From the human T2T-CHM13v2.0 reference genome, Homo sapiens, in NCBI RefSeq assembly GCF_009914755.1, contig NC_060946.1: a stretch of DNA of 64,000 nt, one strand, 5' to 3'. Numbering within the stretch: position 1 is the stretch's first letter; every line of letters begins with the position of its first letter. The translations under genes were made by a program, and so were the position numbers. Below are positions 40,736-55,300 of this stretch, piece after piece. The notes under the pieces were generated by a model. That model did not search any database and was not told where the DNA came from. It saw nothing but the letters and a program-made list of their open reading frames with translations.

Positions 40736-43700
40736 CTAGGATCTGCCTACAGAGGTTATTGTGAAATATCTCTGCACTGATAAACTAGGTGGTGTAATCC
40801 TTATCGAAGCTCTGCCTACAGGGGCGTTTTCACATATCCCTGAAGTGATGACAAAGGTGATGTAACCCTTTCCTAGGCTTTGTCTACAGGGGACATAGGA
40901 CATATATCTGCACTGATCACCCAGGTGATGCAACTCTAGCCTAGGCTTTGCCTACAGGGGACATTGTGACATATCGCTTCAATGATCACCCATGTGATGC
41001 AACTCTTGCCTAGGCTTTGCCTACAGGGGACATTGTGACATATCTCTGCACTGATCTCCCAGGTGCTGTAACATTAATCTAGACTCTGGCTACACGGCAT
41101 TGTGACATATCACTGCACTGATCAACCAGGTGATATAACTCTTGTCTAGGCCCTGCCTACACGGGGCTTGTGACATCTCTCTGCACTGATCTCACAGGTG
41201 ATATAACTCTTCTCTAGGATCTGCCTACAGGGTGCTTTGCGACATATACCTGCAATGATCACCCAGGTGATCTAACTCTTCTTTAAGCTCTGCCTAAAGG
41301 GGCCTTGTGACAGATCTCTGCACTGATCACTCAGGTGATGTAACTATTGTCTAGGCTCTGCTTAAAGGGGCCTTGTCACATACCTCTGCACTGATCACCC
41401 AGGTGATGTAACTCTTGTCTAGCCTCTGCTTTCACGGCATATTGTGACATATCTATGCGCTGATCACCTTAGTGATGTAACACTTGTGTAGGCTCGGCCT
41501 ACAGGGGAATATTGACATATCTCTGCACTGTTAACCGAGGTGATTTAACTCTTGTCTAGGCTGTGCCCACAGGGGGATTGAGACATGTCTCTGCACTGAT
41601 CCCGAGGTGATCCAACTGTTGCCTGGTCTCTGCCTACTGGGGACATTGTGACATATCTCTGCACTGATCTCCCAGGTGCTGTAACTTTAGTCTAGGCTCT
41701 GGCTACATGGCATTGTGACATATCACTGCACTGATCACCCAGGTGATATAAATCTTGTCTAGGCTCTGCCTACAATGGCCTTGTGACATATCTCTGCCCT
41801 GATCACCCAGGTGATATAACTCTTCTCTAGGATCTGACCACAGGGTGCTTTGTGGCATTTCCCTGCAATGATCACCCAGGTGATATACCACTTGCCAAGG
41901 CTCTGCCTACAGGGGCATTGCAATGTATCTCTGCACTGATTACCTCGGTCTTGTAACTCTTTTCTAGGATCTGCCCACAGGGTGCCTTGTGACGTATCCC
42001 AGCAAGGATTACCCATGTGATGTACCTCTCATCAAGGCTCTGCCTACAGGCACATTGCGATGTATCTCTGCACTGATCACCTAGGTCATGTAACTTTTGT
42101 CTAGGCTCTGCCTACGATGGCATTGTGACATATCTCTGCACTAATCATCCAAGTGATGTAACCCTTGTCTAGGATCTGCCTAAATTAACTTTGTGACACA
42201 ACCCTGTACTGATCATCCAGGTGATGGGGCTTTTGTCTAGGCTCTGCCTAAGGGGGCATTGTGACATATTTCTGCATTGATCACCCAGGTGGCGAACTCT
42301 TCTCTTGGATCTGCCTATGGGGGCATTGTGACAAATCTCTGCACTGATCACCCAGGTGATGTAACTGTTGTGTAACCTCTGCCTACAGGGGAATTGTGAG
42401 AGATCTCGCCACTGATCACCCAAGTGATGTTACCATTGTCTAGGCTTTGCGTACAGGGGGCTTTGTGACATACCTTTGCCCTGATCACCCAGGTGATGTA
42501 ACACATCTAAGTTCGGCCTAAAGGAGCTTTGTGACATATCTGTGCACTGATCACTTAGGTGATGGAACACTTTTATAAGCACTGCCTACAGGGAATTTTG
42601 ACAAATCTCTGCACTGATCACCTAGGTGATGTAACGCTTGTCTACCCTCTGTCCAACGGGGCATTGTGAAATATCTCTGCACTGATCACCCAGGTGATTC
42701 AACTCTTGACTAGGATCTGCCTACAGAGGTTATTGTGAAATATCTCTGCACTGATAAACTAGGTGGTGTAATCCTTATCGAAGCTCTGCCTACAGGGGCG
42801 TTTTCACATATCCCTGAAGTGATGACAAAGGTGATGTAACTCTTGCCTAGGCTTTGCCTACAGGGGACATAGGACATATATCTGCGCTGATCACCCAGGT
42901 GATGCAACTCTAGCCTAGGCTTTGCCTACAGGGGACATTGTGACATATCGCTTCAATGATCACCCATGTGATGCAACTCTTGCCTAGGCTTTGCCTACAG
43001 GGGACATTGTGACATATCTCTGCACTGATCTCCCAGGTGCTGTAACATTAGTCTAGACTCTGTCTACACGGCATTGTGACATATCACTGCACTGATCAAC
43101 CAGGTGATATAACTCTTGTCTAGGCCCTGCCTACAGGGGGCTTGTGACATATCTCTGCACTGATCACCCAGGTGATATAACTCTTCTCTAGGATCTGCCT
43201 ACAGGGTGCTTTGCGACATATCCCTGCAATGATCACCCAGGTGATCTAACTCTTGTTTAAACTCTGCCTAAAGGGGCATTGTGACAGATCTCTGCACTGA
43301 TCACTCAGGTGATGTAACTATTGTCTAGGCTCTGCTTAAAGGGGCCTTGTCACATACCTCTGCACTGATCACCCAGGTGATGTAACTCTTGTCTAGCCTC
43401 TGCTTTCACGGCATATTGTGATATATCTATGCGCTGATCACCTTAGTGATGTAACACTTGTGTAGGCTCGGCCTACAGGGTAATATTGACATATCTCTGC
43501 ACTGTTAACCGAGGTGATTTAACTCTTGTCTAGGCTGTGCCCACAGGGGGATTGAGACATGTCTCTGCACTGATCCCGAGGTGATCCAACTGTTGCCTGG
43601 TCTCTGCCTACTGGGGACATTGTGACATATCTCTGCACTGATCTCCCAGGTGCTGTAACTTTAGTCTAGGCTCTGGCTACACGGCATTGTGACATATCAC

Positions 43701-44683
43701 TGCACTGATCACCCAGGTGATATAAATCTTGTCTTGGCTCTGCCTACAATGGCCTTGTGACATATCTCTGCACTGATCACCCAGGTGATATAACTCTTCT
43801 CTAGGATCTGACCACAGGGTGCTTTGTGGCATTTCCCTGCAATGATCACCCAGGTGATATACCACTTGCCAAGGCTCTGACTACAGGGGCATTGCAATGT
43901 ATCTCTGCACTGATCACCTCGGTCTTGTAACTCTTTTCTAGGATCTGCCCACAGGGTGCCTTGTGACGTATCCCAGCAAGGATTACCCAGGTGATGTACC
44001 TCTCATCAAGGCTCTGCCTACAGGCACATTGCGATGTATCTCTGCACTGATCACCTAGGTCATGTAACTTTTGTCTAGGCTCTGCCTACGATGGCATTGT
44101 GAAATATCTCTGCACTAATCATCCAAGTGATGTAACACTTGTCTAGGATCTGTCTAAATTAACTTTGTGACAGAACCCTGTACTGATCATCCAGGTGATG
44201 GGGCTTTTGTCTAGGCTCTGCCTAAGGGGGCATTGTGACATATTTCTGCATTGATCACCCAGGTGGCGAACTCTTCTCTTGGATCTGCCTATGGGGGCAT
44301 TGTGACAAATCTCTGCACTGATCACCCAGGTGATGTAACTGTTGTGTAACCTCTGCCTACAGGGGAATTGTGAGAGATCTCGCCACTGATCACCCAAGTG
44401 ATGTAACCATTGTCTAGGCTTTGCGTACAGGGGGCTTTGTGACATACCTTTGCACTGATCACCCAGGTGATGTAACACATCTAAGTTCGGCCTAAAGGAG
44501 CTTTGTGACATATCTGTGCACTGATCACTTAGGTGATGGAACACTTTTATAAGCACCGCCTACAGGGAATTTTGACAAATCTCTGCACTGATCACCTAGG
44601 TGATGTAACGCTTGTCTACCCTCTGTCCAACGGGGCATTGTGAAATGTCTCTGCACTGATCACCCAGGTGATTCAACTCTTGA

Positions 44684-47270
44684 CTAGGATCTGCCTACAG
44701 AGGTTATTGTGAAATATCTCTGCACTGATAAACTAGGTGGTGTAATCCTTATCGAAGCTCTGCCTACAGGGGCGTTTTCACATATCCCTGAAGTGATGAC
44801 AAAGGTGATGTAACTCTTGCCTAGGCTTTGCCTACAGGGGACATAGGACATATATCTGCGCTGATCACCCAGGTGATGCAACTCTAGCCTAGGCTTTGCC
44901 TACAGGGGACATTGTGACATATCGCTTCAATGATCACCCATGTGATGCAACTCTTGCCTAGGCTTTGCCTACAGGGGACATTGTGACATATCTCTGCACT
45001 GATCTCCCAGGTGCTGTAACATTAGTCTAGACCCTGGCTACACGGCATTGTGACATATCTCTGCACTGATCAACCAGGTGATATAACTCTTGTCTAGGCC
45101 CTGCCTACAGGGGGCTTGTGACATATCTCTGCACTGATCACCCAGGTGATATAACTCTTCTCTAGGATCTGCCTACAGGGTGCTTTGCGACATATCCCTG
45201 CAATGATCACCCAGGTGATCTAACTCTTGTTTAAGCTCTGCCTAAAGGGGCCTTGTGACAGATCTCTGCACTGATCACTCAGGTGATGTAACTATTGTCT
45301 AGGCTCTGCTTAAAGGGGCCTTGTCACATACCTCTGCACTGATCACACAGGTGATGTAACTCTTGTCTAGCCTCTGCTTTCACGGCATATTGTGACATAT
45401 CTATGCGCTGATCACCTTAGTGATGTAACACTTGTGTAGGCTCGGCCTACAGGGTAATATTGACATATCACTGCACTGTTAACCGATGTGATTTAACTCT
45501 TGTCTAGGCTGTGCCCACAGGGGGATTGAGACATGTCTCTGCACTGATCCCGAGGTGATCCAACTGTTGCCTGGTCTCTGCCTACTGGGGACATTGTGAC
45601 ATATCTCTGCACTGATCTCCCAGGTGCTGTAACTTTAGTCTAGGCTCTGGCTACACGGCATTGTGACATATCACTGCACTGATCACCCAGGTGATATAAA
45701 TCTTGTCTAGGCTCTGCCTACAATGGCCTTGTGACATATCTCTGCACTGATCACCCAGGTGATATAACTCTTCTCTGGGATCTGACCACAATGTGATTTG
45801 CGACATATCCCTGCAATGATCACCCAGGTGATCTAACTCTTGTTTAAGCTCTGCCTAAAGGGGCCTTGTGACAGATCTCTGCACTGATCACTCAGGGGAT
45901 GTAACTATTGTCTAGGCTCTGCTTAAAGGGGCCTTGTCACATACTTCTGCACTGATCACCCAGGTTATGTAACTCTTGTCTAGCCTCTGCTTTCACGGCA
46001 TATTGTGACATATCTATGCGCTGATCACCTTAGTGATGTAACACTTGTGTAGGCTCGGCCTACAGGGGAATATTGACATATCTCTGCACTGTTAACCGAT
46101 GTGATTTAACTCTTGTCTAGTCTGTGCCCACAGGGGGATTGAGACATGTCTCTGCACTGATCCCGAGGTGATCCAACTGTTGCCTGGTCTCTGCCAACTG
46201 GGGACATTGTGACATATCTCTGCACTGATCTCCCAGGTGATGTAACTATAGTCTAGGCTCTGGTTACACGGCATTGTGACATATCAGTGCACTGATCACC
46301 CAGTTGATATAAATCTTGTCTAGGCTCTGCCTACAATGGCCTTGTGACATATCTCTGCACTGATCACCCACGTGATATAACTCTTCTCTAGGATCTGACC
46401 ACAGGGTGCTTTGTGGCATTTCCCTGAAATGATCACCCAGGTGATATACCACTTGCCAATGCTCTGCCTACAGGGGCATTGCAATGTATCTCTGCACTGA
46501 TCACCTCGGTCTTGTAACTCTTTTCTAGGATCTGCCCACAGGGTGCCTTGTGACGTATCCCAGCAAGGATTACCCAGGTGATTTACCTCTCATCAAGGCT
46601 CTGCCTACAGGCACATGGCGATGTATCTCTGCACTGATCACCTAGGTCATGTAACTTTTGTCTAGGATCTGCCTACGATGGCATTGTGACATATCTCTGC
46701 ACTAATCATCCAAGTGATGTAACCCTTGTCTAGGATCTGCCTAAATTAACTTTGTGACAGAACCCTGTACTGATCATCCAGGTGATGGGGCTTTTGTCTA
46801 GGCTCTGCCTAAGGGGGCATTGTGACATATTTCTGCATTGATCACCCAGGTGGCGAACTCTTCTCTTGGATCTGCCTATGGGGGCATTGTGACAAATCTC
46901 TGCACTGATCACCCAGGTGATGTAACTGTTGTGTAACCTCTGCCTACAGGGGAATTGTGAGAGATCTCGCCACTGATCACCCAAGTGATGTAACCATTGT
47001 CTAGGCTTTGCGTACAGGGGGCTTTGTGACATACCTTTGCACTGATCACCCAGGTGATGTAACACATCTAAGTTCGGCCTAAAGGAGCTTTGTGACATAT
47101 CTGTGCACTGATCACTTAGGTGATGGAACACTTTTATAAGCACTGCCTACAGGGAATTTTGACAAATCTCTGCACTGATCACGTAGGTGATGTAACGCTT
47201 GTCTACCCTCTGTCCAACGGGGCATTGTGAAATATCTCTGCACTGATCACCCAGGTGATTCAACTCTTGA
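44684..47270. repeat. Variant 38-mer HOR (2587 bp): +9 monomers
   Basis: The junction at ~45790 (TCTGACCACAATGTGATTTGCGACATATCCC) returns 9 monomers upstream. 1974+613=2587. Confidence 0.85.
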
Positions 47271-49381
47271 CTAGGATCTGCCTACAGAGGTTATTGTGAA
47301 ATATCTCTGCACTGATAAACTAGGTGGTGTAATCCTTATCGAAGCTCTGCCTACAGGGGCGTTTTCACATATCCCTGAAGTGATGACAAAGGTGATGTAA
47401 CTCTTGCCTAGGCTTTGCCTACAGGGGACATAGGACATATATCTGCACTGATCACCCAGGTGATGCAACTCTAGCCTAGGCTTTGCCTACAGGGGACATT
47501 GTGACATATCGCTTCAATGATCACCCATGTGATGCAACTCTTGCCTAGGCTTTGCCTACAGGGGACATTGTGACATATCTCTGCACTGATCTCCCAGGTG
47601 CTGTAACATTAGTCCAGACTCTGTCTACACGGCATTGTGACATATCACTGCACTGATCAACCAGGTGATATAACTCTTGTCTAGGCCCTGCCTACAGGGG
47701 GCTTGTGACATATCTCTGCACTGATCACCCAGGTGATATAACTCTTCTCTAGGATCTGCCTACAGGGTGCTTTGCGACATATCCCTGCAATGATCACCCA
47801 GGTGATCTAACTCTTGTTTAAACTCTGCCTAAAGGGGCATTGTGACAGATCTCTGCACTGATCACTCAGGTGATGTAACTATTGTCTAGGCTCTGCTTAA
47901 AGGGGCCTTGTCACATACCTCTGCACTGATCACACAGGTGATGTAACTCTTGTCTAGCCTCTGCTTTCACGGCATATTGTGACATATCTATGCGCTGATC
48001 ACCTTAGTGATGTAACACTTGTGTAGGCTCGGCCTACAGGGGAATATTGACATATCTCTGCACTGTTAACCGAGGTGATTTAACTCTTGTCTAGGCTGTG
48101 CCCACAGGGGGATTGAGACATGTCTCTGCACTGATCCCGAGGTGATCCAACTGTTGCCTGGTCTCTGCCTACTGGGGACATTGTGACATATCTCTGCACT
48201 GATCTCCCAGGTGCTGTAACTTTAGTCTAGGCTCTGGCTACACGGCATTGTGACATATCACTGCACTGATCACCCAGGTGATATAAATCTTGTCTAGGAT
48301 CTGCCTACAATGGCCTTGTGACATATCTCTGCCCTGATCACCCAGGTGATATAACTCTTCTCTAGGATCTGACCACAGGGTGCTTTGTGGCATTTCCCTG
48401 CAATGATCACCCAGGTGATATACCACTTGCCAAGGCTCTGCCTACAGGGGCATTGCAATGTATCTCTGCACTGATCACCTCGGTCTTGTAACTCTTTTCT
48501 AGGATCTGCCCACAGGGTGCCTTGTGACGTATCCCAGCAAGGATTTCCCAGGTGATGTACCTCTCATCAAGGCTCTGCCTACAGGCACATTGCGATGTAT
48601 CTCTGCACTGATCACCTAGGTCATGTAACTTTTGTCTAGGCTCTGCCTACGATGGCATTGTGACATATCTCTGCACTAATCATCCAAGTGATGTAACCCT
48701 TGTCTAGGATCTGCCTAAATTAACTTTGTGACATAACCCTGTACTGATCATCCAGGTGATGGGGCTTTTGTCTAGGCTCTGCCTAAGGGGGCATTGTGAC
48801 ATATTTCTGCATTGATCACCCAGGTGGCGAACTCTTCTCTTGGATCTGCCTATGGGGGCATTGTGACAAATCTCTGCACTGATCACCCAGGTGATGTAAC
48901 TGTTGTGTAACCTCTGCCTACAGGGGAATTGTGAGAGATCTCGCCACTGATCACCCAAGTGATGTAACCATTGTCTAGGCTTTGCGTACAGGGGGCTTTG
49001 TGACATACCTTTGCACTGATCACCCAGGTGATGTAACTGTTGTGTAACCTCTGCCTACAGGGGAATTGTGAGAGATCTCACCACTGATCACCCAAGTGAT
49101 GTAACCATTGTCTAGGCTTTGCGTACAGGGGGCTTTGTGACATACCTTTGCACTGATCACCCAGGTGATGTAACACATCTAAGTTCGGCCTAAAGGAGCT
49201 TTGTGACATATCTGTGCACTGATCACTTAGGTGATGGAACACTTTTATAAGCACTGCCTACAGGGAATTTTGACAAATCTCTGCACTGATCACCTAGGTG
49301 ATGTAACGCTTGTCTACCCTCTGTCCAACGGAGCATTGTGAAATATCTCTGCACTGATCACCCAGGTGATTCAACTCTTGA
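47271..49381. repeat. Variant 31-mer HOR (2111 bp): 2-monomer tandem duplication
   Basis: The block TGTTGTGTAACC...GCGTACAGGGGGCTTTGTGACATACC appears twice (~48890-49030 and ~49027-49165), adding 137 bp. Confidence 0.87.
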
Positions 49382-52300
49382 CTAGGATCTGCCTACAGAG
49401 GTTATTGTGAAATATCTCTGCACTGATAAACTAGGTGGTGTAATCCTTATCGAAGCTCTGCCTACAGGGGCGTTTTCACATATCCCTGAAGTGATGACAA
49501 AGGTGATGTAACTCTTGCCTAGGCTTTGCCTACAGGGGACATAGGACATATATCTGCACTGATCACCCAGGTGATGCAACTCTAGCCTAGGCTTTGCCTA
49601 CAGGGGACATTGTGACATATCGCTTCAATGATCACCCATGTGATGCAACTCTTGCCTAGGCTTTGCCTACTGGGGACATTGTGACATATCTCTGCACTGA
49701 TCTCCCAGGTGCTGTAACATTAGTCTAGACTCTGGATACACGGCATTGTGACATATCACTGCACTGATCAACCAGGTGATATAACTCTTGTCTAGGCCCT
49801 GCCTACAGGGGGCTTGTGACACATCTCTGCACTGATCACCCAGGTGATATAACTCTTCTCTAGGATCTGCCTACAGGGTGCTTTGTGACATATCCCTGCA
49901 ATGATCACCCAGGTGACCTAACTCTTGTTTAAGCTCTGCCTAAAGGGGCATTGTGACAGATCTCTGCACTGATCACTCAGGTGATGTAACTATTGTCTAG
50001 GCTCTGTTTAAAGGGGCCTTGTCACATACCTCTGCACTGATCACCCAGGTGATGTAACTCTTGTCTAGCCTCTGCTTTCACGGCATATTGTGACATATCC
50101 ATGCGCTGATCACCTTAGTGATGTAACATTTGTGTAGGCTCGGCCTACAGGGGAATATTGACATATCTCTGCACTGTTAACCGAGGTGATTTAACACTTG
50201 TCTAGGCTGTGCCCACAGGGGGATTGAGACATGTCTCTGCACTGATCCCGAGGTGATCCAACTGTTGCCTGGTCTCTGCCTACTGGTGACATTGTGACAT
50301 ATCTCTGCACTGATCTCCCAGGTGCTGTAACTTTAGTCTAGGCTCTGGCTACACGGCATTGTGACATATCACTGCACTGATCACCCAGGTGATATAAATC
50401 TTGTCTAGGCTCTGCCTACAATGGCCTTGTGACATATCTCTGCACTGATCACCCAGGTGATATAACTCTTCTCTAGGATCTGACCACAGGGTGCTTTGTG
50501 GCATTTCCCTGCAATGATCACCCAGGTGATATACCACTTGCCAAGGCTCTGCCTACAGAGGCATTGCAATGTATCTCTGCACTGATCACCTCGGTCTTGT
50601 AACTCTTTTCTAGGATCTGCCCACAGGGTGCCTTGTGACGTATCCCAGCAAGGATTACCCAGGTGATGTACCTCTCATCAAGGCTCTGCCTACAGGCACA
50701 TTGCGATGTATCTCTGCACTGATCACCTAGGTCATGTAACTTTTGTCTAGGCTCTGCCTACGATGGCATTGTGACATATCTCTGCAGTAATCATCCAAGT
50801 GATGTAACCCTTGTCTAGGATCTGCCTAAATTAACTTTGTGACATAACCCTGTACTGATCATCCAGGTGATGGGGCTTTTGTCTAGGCTCTGCCTAAGGG
50901 GGCATTGTGACATATTTCTGCATTGATCACCCAGGTGGCGAACTCTTCTCTTGGATCTGCCTATGGGGGCGTTGTGACAAATCTCTGCACTGATCACCCA
51001 GGTGATGTAACTGTTGTGTAACCTCTGCCTACAGGGGAATTGTGAGAGATCTCGCCACTGATCACCCAAGTGATGTAACCATTGTCTAGGCTTTGCGTAC
51101 AGGGGGCTTTGTGACATACCTTTGCACTGATCACCCAGGTGATGTAACACATCTAAGTTCGGCCTAAAGGAGCTTTGTGACATATCTCTGCACTGATCAC
51201 TTAGGTGATGGAACACTTTTATAAGCACTGCCTACAGGGAATTTTGACAAATCTCTGCACTGATCACCTAGGTGATGTAACGCTTGTCTACCCTCTGTCC
51301 AACGGGGCATTGTGAAATATCTCTGCACTGATCACCCAGGTGATTCAACTCTTGACTAGGATCTGCCTACAGAGGGTATTGAGAAATATCTCTGCACTGA
51401 TAAACTAGGTGGTGTAATCCTTATCGAAGCTCTACCTACAGGGGCGTTTTCACATATCCCTGAAGTGATGACAAAGGTGATGTAACTCTTGCCTAGGCTT
51501 TGCCTACAGGGGACATAGGACATATATCTGCACTGATCACCCAGGTGATGCATCTCTAGCCTAGGCTTTGCCTACAGGGGAGATTGTGACATATCGCTTC
51601 AGTGATCACCCATGTGATGCAACTCTTGCCTTGGCTTTGCCTACAGGGCACATTGTGACATATCTCTGCACTGATCTCCCAGGTGCTGTAACATTAGTCT
51701 AGACTCTGGCTACACGGCATTGTGACATATCACTGCACTGATCATCCAGGTGATATAACACTTGTCTAGGCCCTGCCTACAGGGGGCTTGTGACATATCT
51801 CTGCACTGATCACCCAGGTGATATAACTCTTCTCTAGGATCTGCCTACAGGGTGCTTTGTGACATATCCCTGCAATGATCACCCAGGTGATCTAACTCTG
51901 GTTTAAGCTCTGCCTAAAGGGGCATTGTGACAGATCTCTGCACTGATCACTCAGGTGATGTAACTATTGTCTAGGCTCTGCTTAAAGGGGCCTTGTCACA
52001 TACCTCTGCACTGATCACTCAGGTGATGTAACTCTTGTCTAGCCTCTGCTTTCACGGCATATTGTGACATATCCATGCGCTGATCACCTTAGTGATGTAA
52101 CACTTGTGTAGGCTCGGCCTATAGGGGAATATTGACATATCTCTGCACTGTTAACCGAGGTGATTTAACTCTTGTCTAGGCTGTGCCCACAGGGGGATTG
52201 AGACATATCTCTGCACTGATCCCGAGGTGATCCAACTGTTGCCTGGTCTCTGCCTACTGGGGACATTGTGACATATCTCTGCACTGATCTCCCAGGTGCT

Positions 52301-55300
52301 GTAACTTTAGTCTAGGCTCTGGCTACACGGCATTGTGACATATCACTGCACTGATAACCCAGGTGATATAAATGTTGTCTAGGCTCTGCCTACAATGGCC
52401 TTGTGACATATCTCTGCACTGATCACCCAGGTGATATAACTCTTCTCTAGGATCTGACCACAGGGTGCTTTGTGGCATTTCCCTGCAATGATCACCCAGG
52501 TGATATACCACTTGCCAAGGCTCTGCCTACAGGGGCATTGCAATGTATCTCTGCACTGATCACCTCGGTCTTGTGACTCTTTTCTAGGATCTGCCCACAG
52601 GGTGCCTTGTGACGTATCCCAGCAAGGATTACCCAGGTGATGTACCTCTCATCAAGGCTCTGCCTACAGGCACATTGCGATGTATCTCTGCACTGATCAC
52701 CTAGGTCATGTAACTTTTGTCTAGGCTCTGCCTACGATGGCATTGTGACATATCTCTGCACTAATCATCCAAGTGATGTAACCCTTGTCTAGGATCTGCC
52801 TAAATTAACGATGTGACATAAACCTGTACTGATCATCCAGGTGATGGGGCTTTTGTCTAGGCTCTGCCTAAGGGGGCATTGTGACATATTTCTGCATTGA
52901 TCACCCAGGTGGCAAACTCTTCTCTTGGATCTGCCTATGGGGGCATTGTGACAAATCTCTGCACTGATCACCCAGGTGATGTAACCGTTGTGTAACCTCT
53001 GCCTACAGGGGAATTGTGAGAGATCTCACCACTGATCACCCAAGTGATGTAACCATTGTCTAGGCTTTGCGTACAGGGGGCTTTGTGACATACCTTTGCA
53101 CTGATCACCCAGGTGATGTAACACATCTAAGTTCGGCCTAAAGGAGCTTTGTGACATACCTCTGCACTGATCACTTAGGTGATGGAACACTTTTATAAGC
53201 ACTGCCTACAGGGAATTTTGACAAATCTCTGCACTTATCACCTAGGTGATGTAACGCTTGTCTACCCTCTGTCCAACGGGGCATTGTGAAATATCTCTGC
53301 ACTGATCACCCAGGTGATTCAACTCTTGACTAGGATCTGCCTAGAGAGGTTATTGTGAAATATCTCTGCACTGACAAACTAGGTGGTGTAATCCTTATCG
53401 AAGCTCTGCCTACAGGGGCGTTTTCACATATCCCTGAAGTGATGACAAAGGTGATGTAACCCTTGCCTAGGCTTTGTCTACAGGGGGCATAGGACATATA
53501 TCTGCACTGATCACCCAGGTGATGCAACTCTAGCCTAGGCTTTGCCTACAGGGGACATTGTGACATATCGCTTCAATGATCACCCATGTGATGCAACTCT
53601 TGCCTAGGCTTTGCCTACAGGGGACATTGTGACATATCTCTGCACTGATCTCCCAGGTGCTGTAACATTAGTCTAGACTCTGGCTACACGGCATTGTGAC
53701 ATATCACTGCACTGATCAACCAGGTGATATAACACTTGTCTAGGCCCTGCCTACAGGGGGCTTGTGACATATCTCTGCACTGATCACCCACGTGATATAA
53801 CTCTTCTCTAGGATCTGCCTACAGGGTGCTTTGTGACATATCCCTGCAATGATCACCCAGGTGATCTAACTCTGGTTTAAGCTCTGCCTAAAGTGTCATT
53901 GTGAGAGATCTCTGCACTGATCACTCAGGTGATGTAACTATTGTCTAGGCTCTGCTTAAAGGGGCCTTGTCACATACCTCTGCACTGATCACCCAGGTGA
54001 TGTAACTCTTGTCTAGCCTCTGCTTTCACGGCATATTGTGACATATCCATGCGCTGATCACCTTAGTGATGTAACACTTGTGTAGGCTCGGCCTATAGGG
54101 GAATATTGACATATCTCTGCACTGTTAACCGAGGTGATTTAACTCTTGTCTAGGCTGTGCCCACAGGGGGATTGAGACATATCTCTGCACTGATCCCGAG
54201 GTGATCCAACTGTTGCCTGGTCTCTGCCTACTGGGGACATTGTGACATATCTCTGCACTGATCTCCCAGGTGCTGTAACTTTAGTCTAGGCTCTGGCTAC
54301 ACGGCATTGTGACATATCACTGCACTGATCACCCAGGTGATATAAATCTTGTCTAGGCTCTGCCTACACTGGCCTTGTGACATATCTCTGCACTGATCAC
54401 CCAGGTGATATAACTCTTCTCTAGGATCTGACCACAGGGTGCTTTGTGGCATTTCCCTGCAATGATCACCCAGGTGATATACCACTTGCCAAGGCTCTGC
54501 CTACAGGGGCATTGCAATGTATCTCTGCACTGATCACCTCGGTCTTGTAACTCTTTTCTAGGATCTGCGCACAGGGTGCCTTGTGACGTATCCCAGCAAG
54601 GATTACCCAGGTGATGTACCTCTCATCAAGGCTCTGCCTACAGGCACATTGCGATGTATCTCTGCACTGATCACCTAGGTCATGTAACTTTTGTCTAGGC
54701 TCTGCCTACGATGGCATTGTGACATATCTCTGCAGTAATCATCCAAGTGATGTAACCCTTGTCTAGGATCTGCCTAAATTAACTTTGTGACATAACCCTG
54801 TACTGATCATCCAGGTGATGGGGCTTTTGTCTAGGCTCTGCCTAAGGGGGCATTGTGACATATTTCTGCATTGATCACCCAGGTGGCGAACTCTTCTCTT
54901 GGATCTGCCTATGGGGGCATTGTGACAAATCTCTGCACTGATCACCCAGGTGATGTAACTGTTGTGTAACCTCTGCCTACAGGGGAATTGTGAGAGGTCT
55001 CTCCACTGATCACCCAAGTGATGTAACCATTGTCTAGGCTTTGCGTACAGGGGGCTTTGTGACATACCTTTGCACTGATCACCCAGGTGATGTAACACAT
55101 CTAAGTTCGGCCTAAAGGAACTTTGTGACATATCTCTGCACTGATCACTTAGGTGATGGAACACTTTTATAAGCACTGCCCACAGGGAATTTTGACAAAT
55201 CTCTGCTCTGATCACCTAGGTGATATAACGCTTGTCTACCCTCTGTCCAACGGGGCATTGTGAAATATCTCTGCACTGATCACCCAGGTGATTCAACTCT

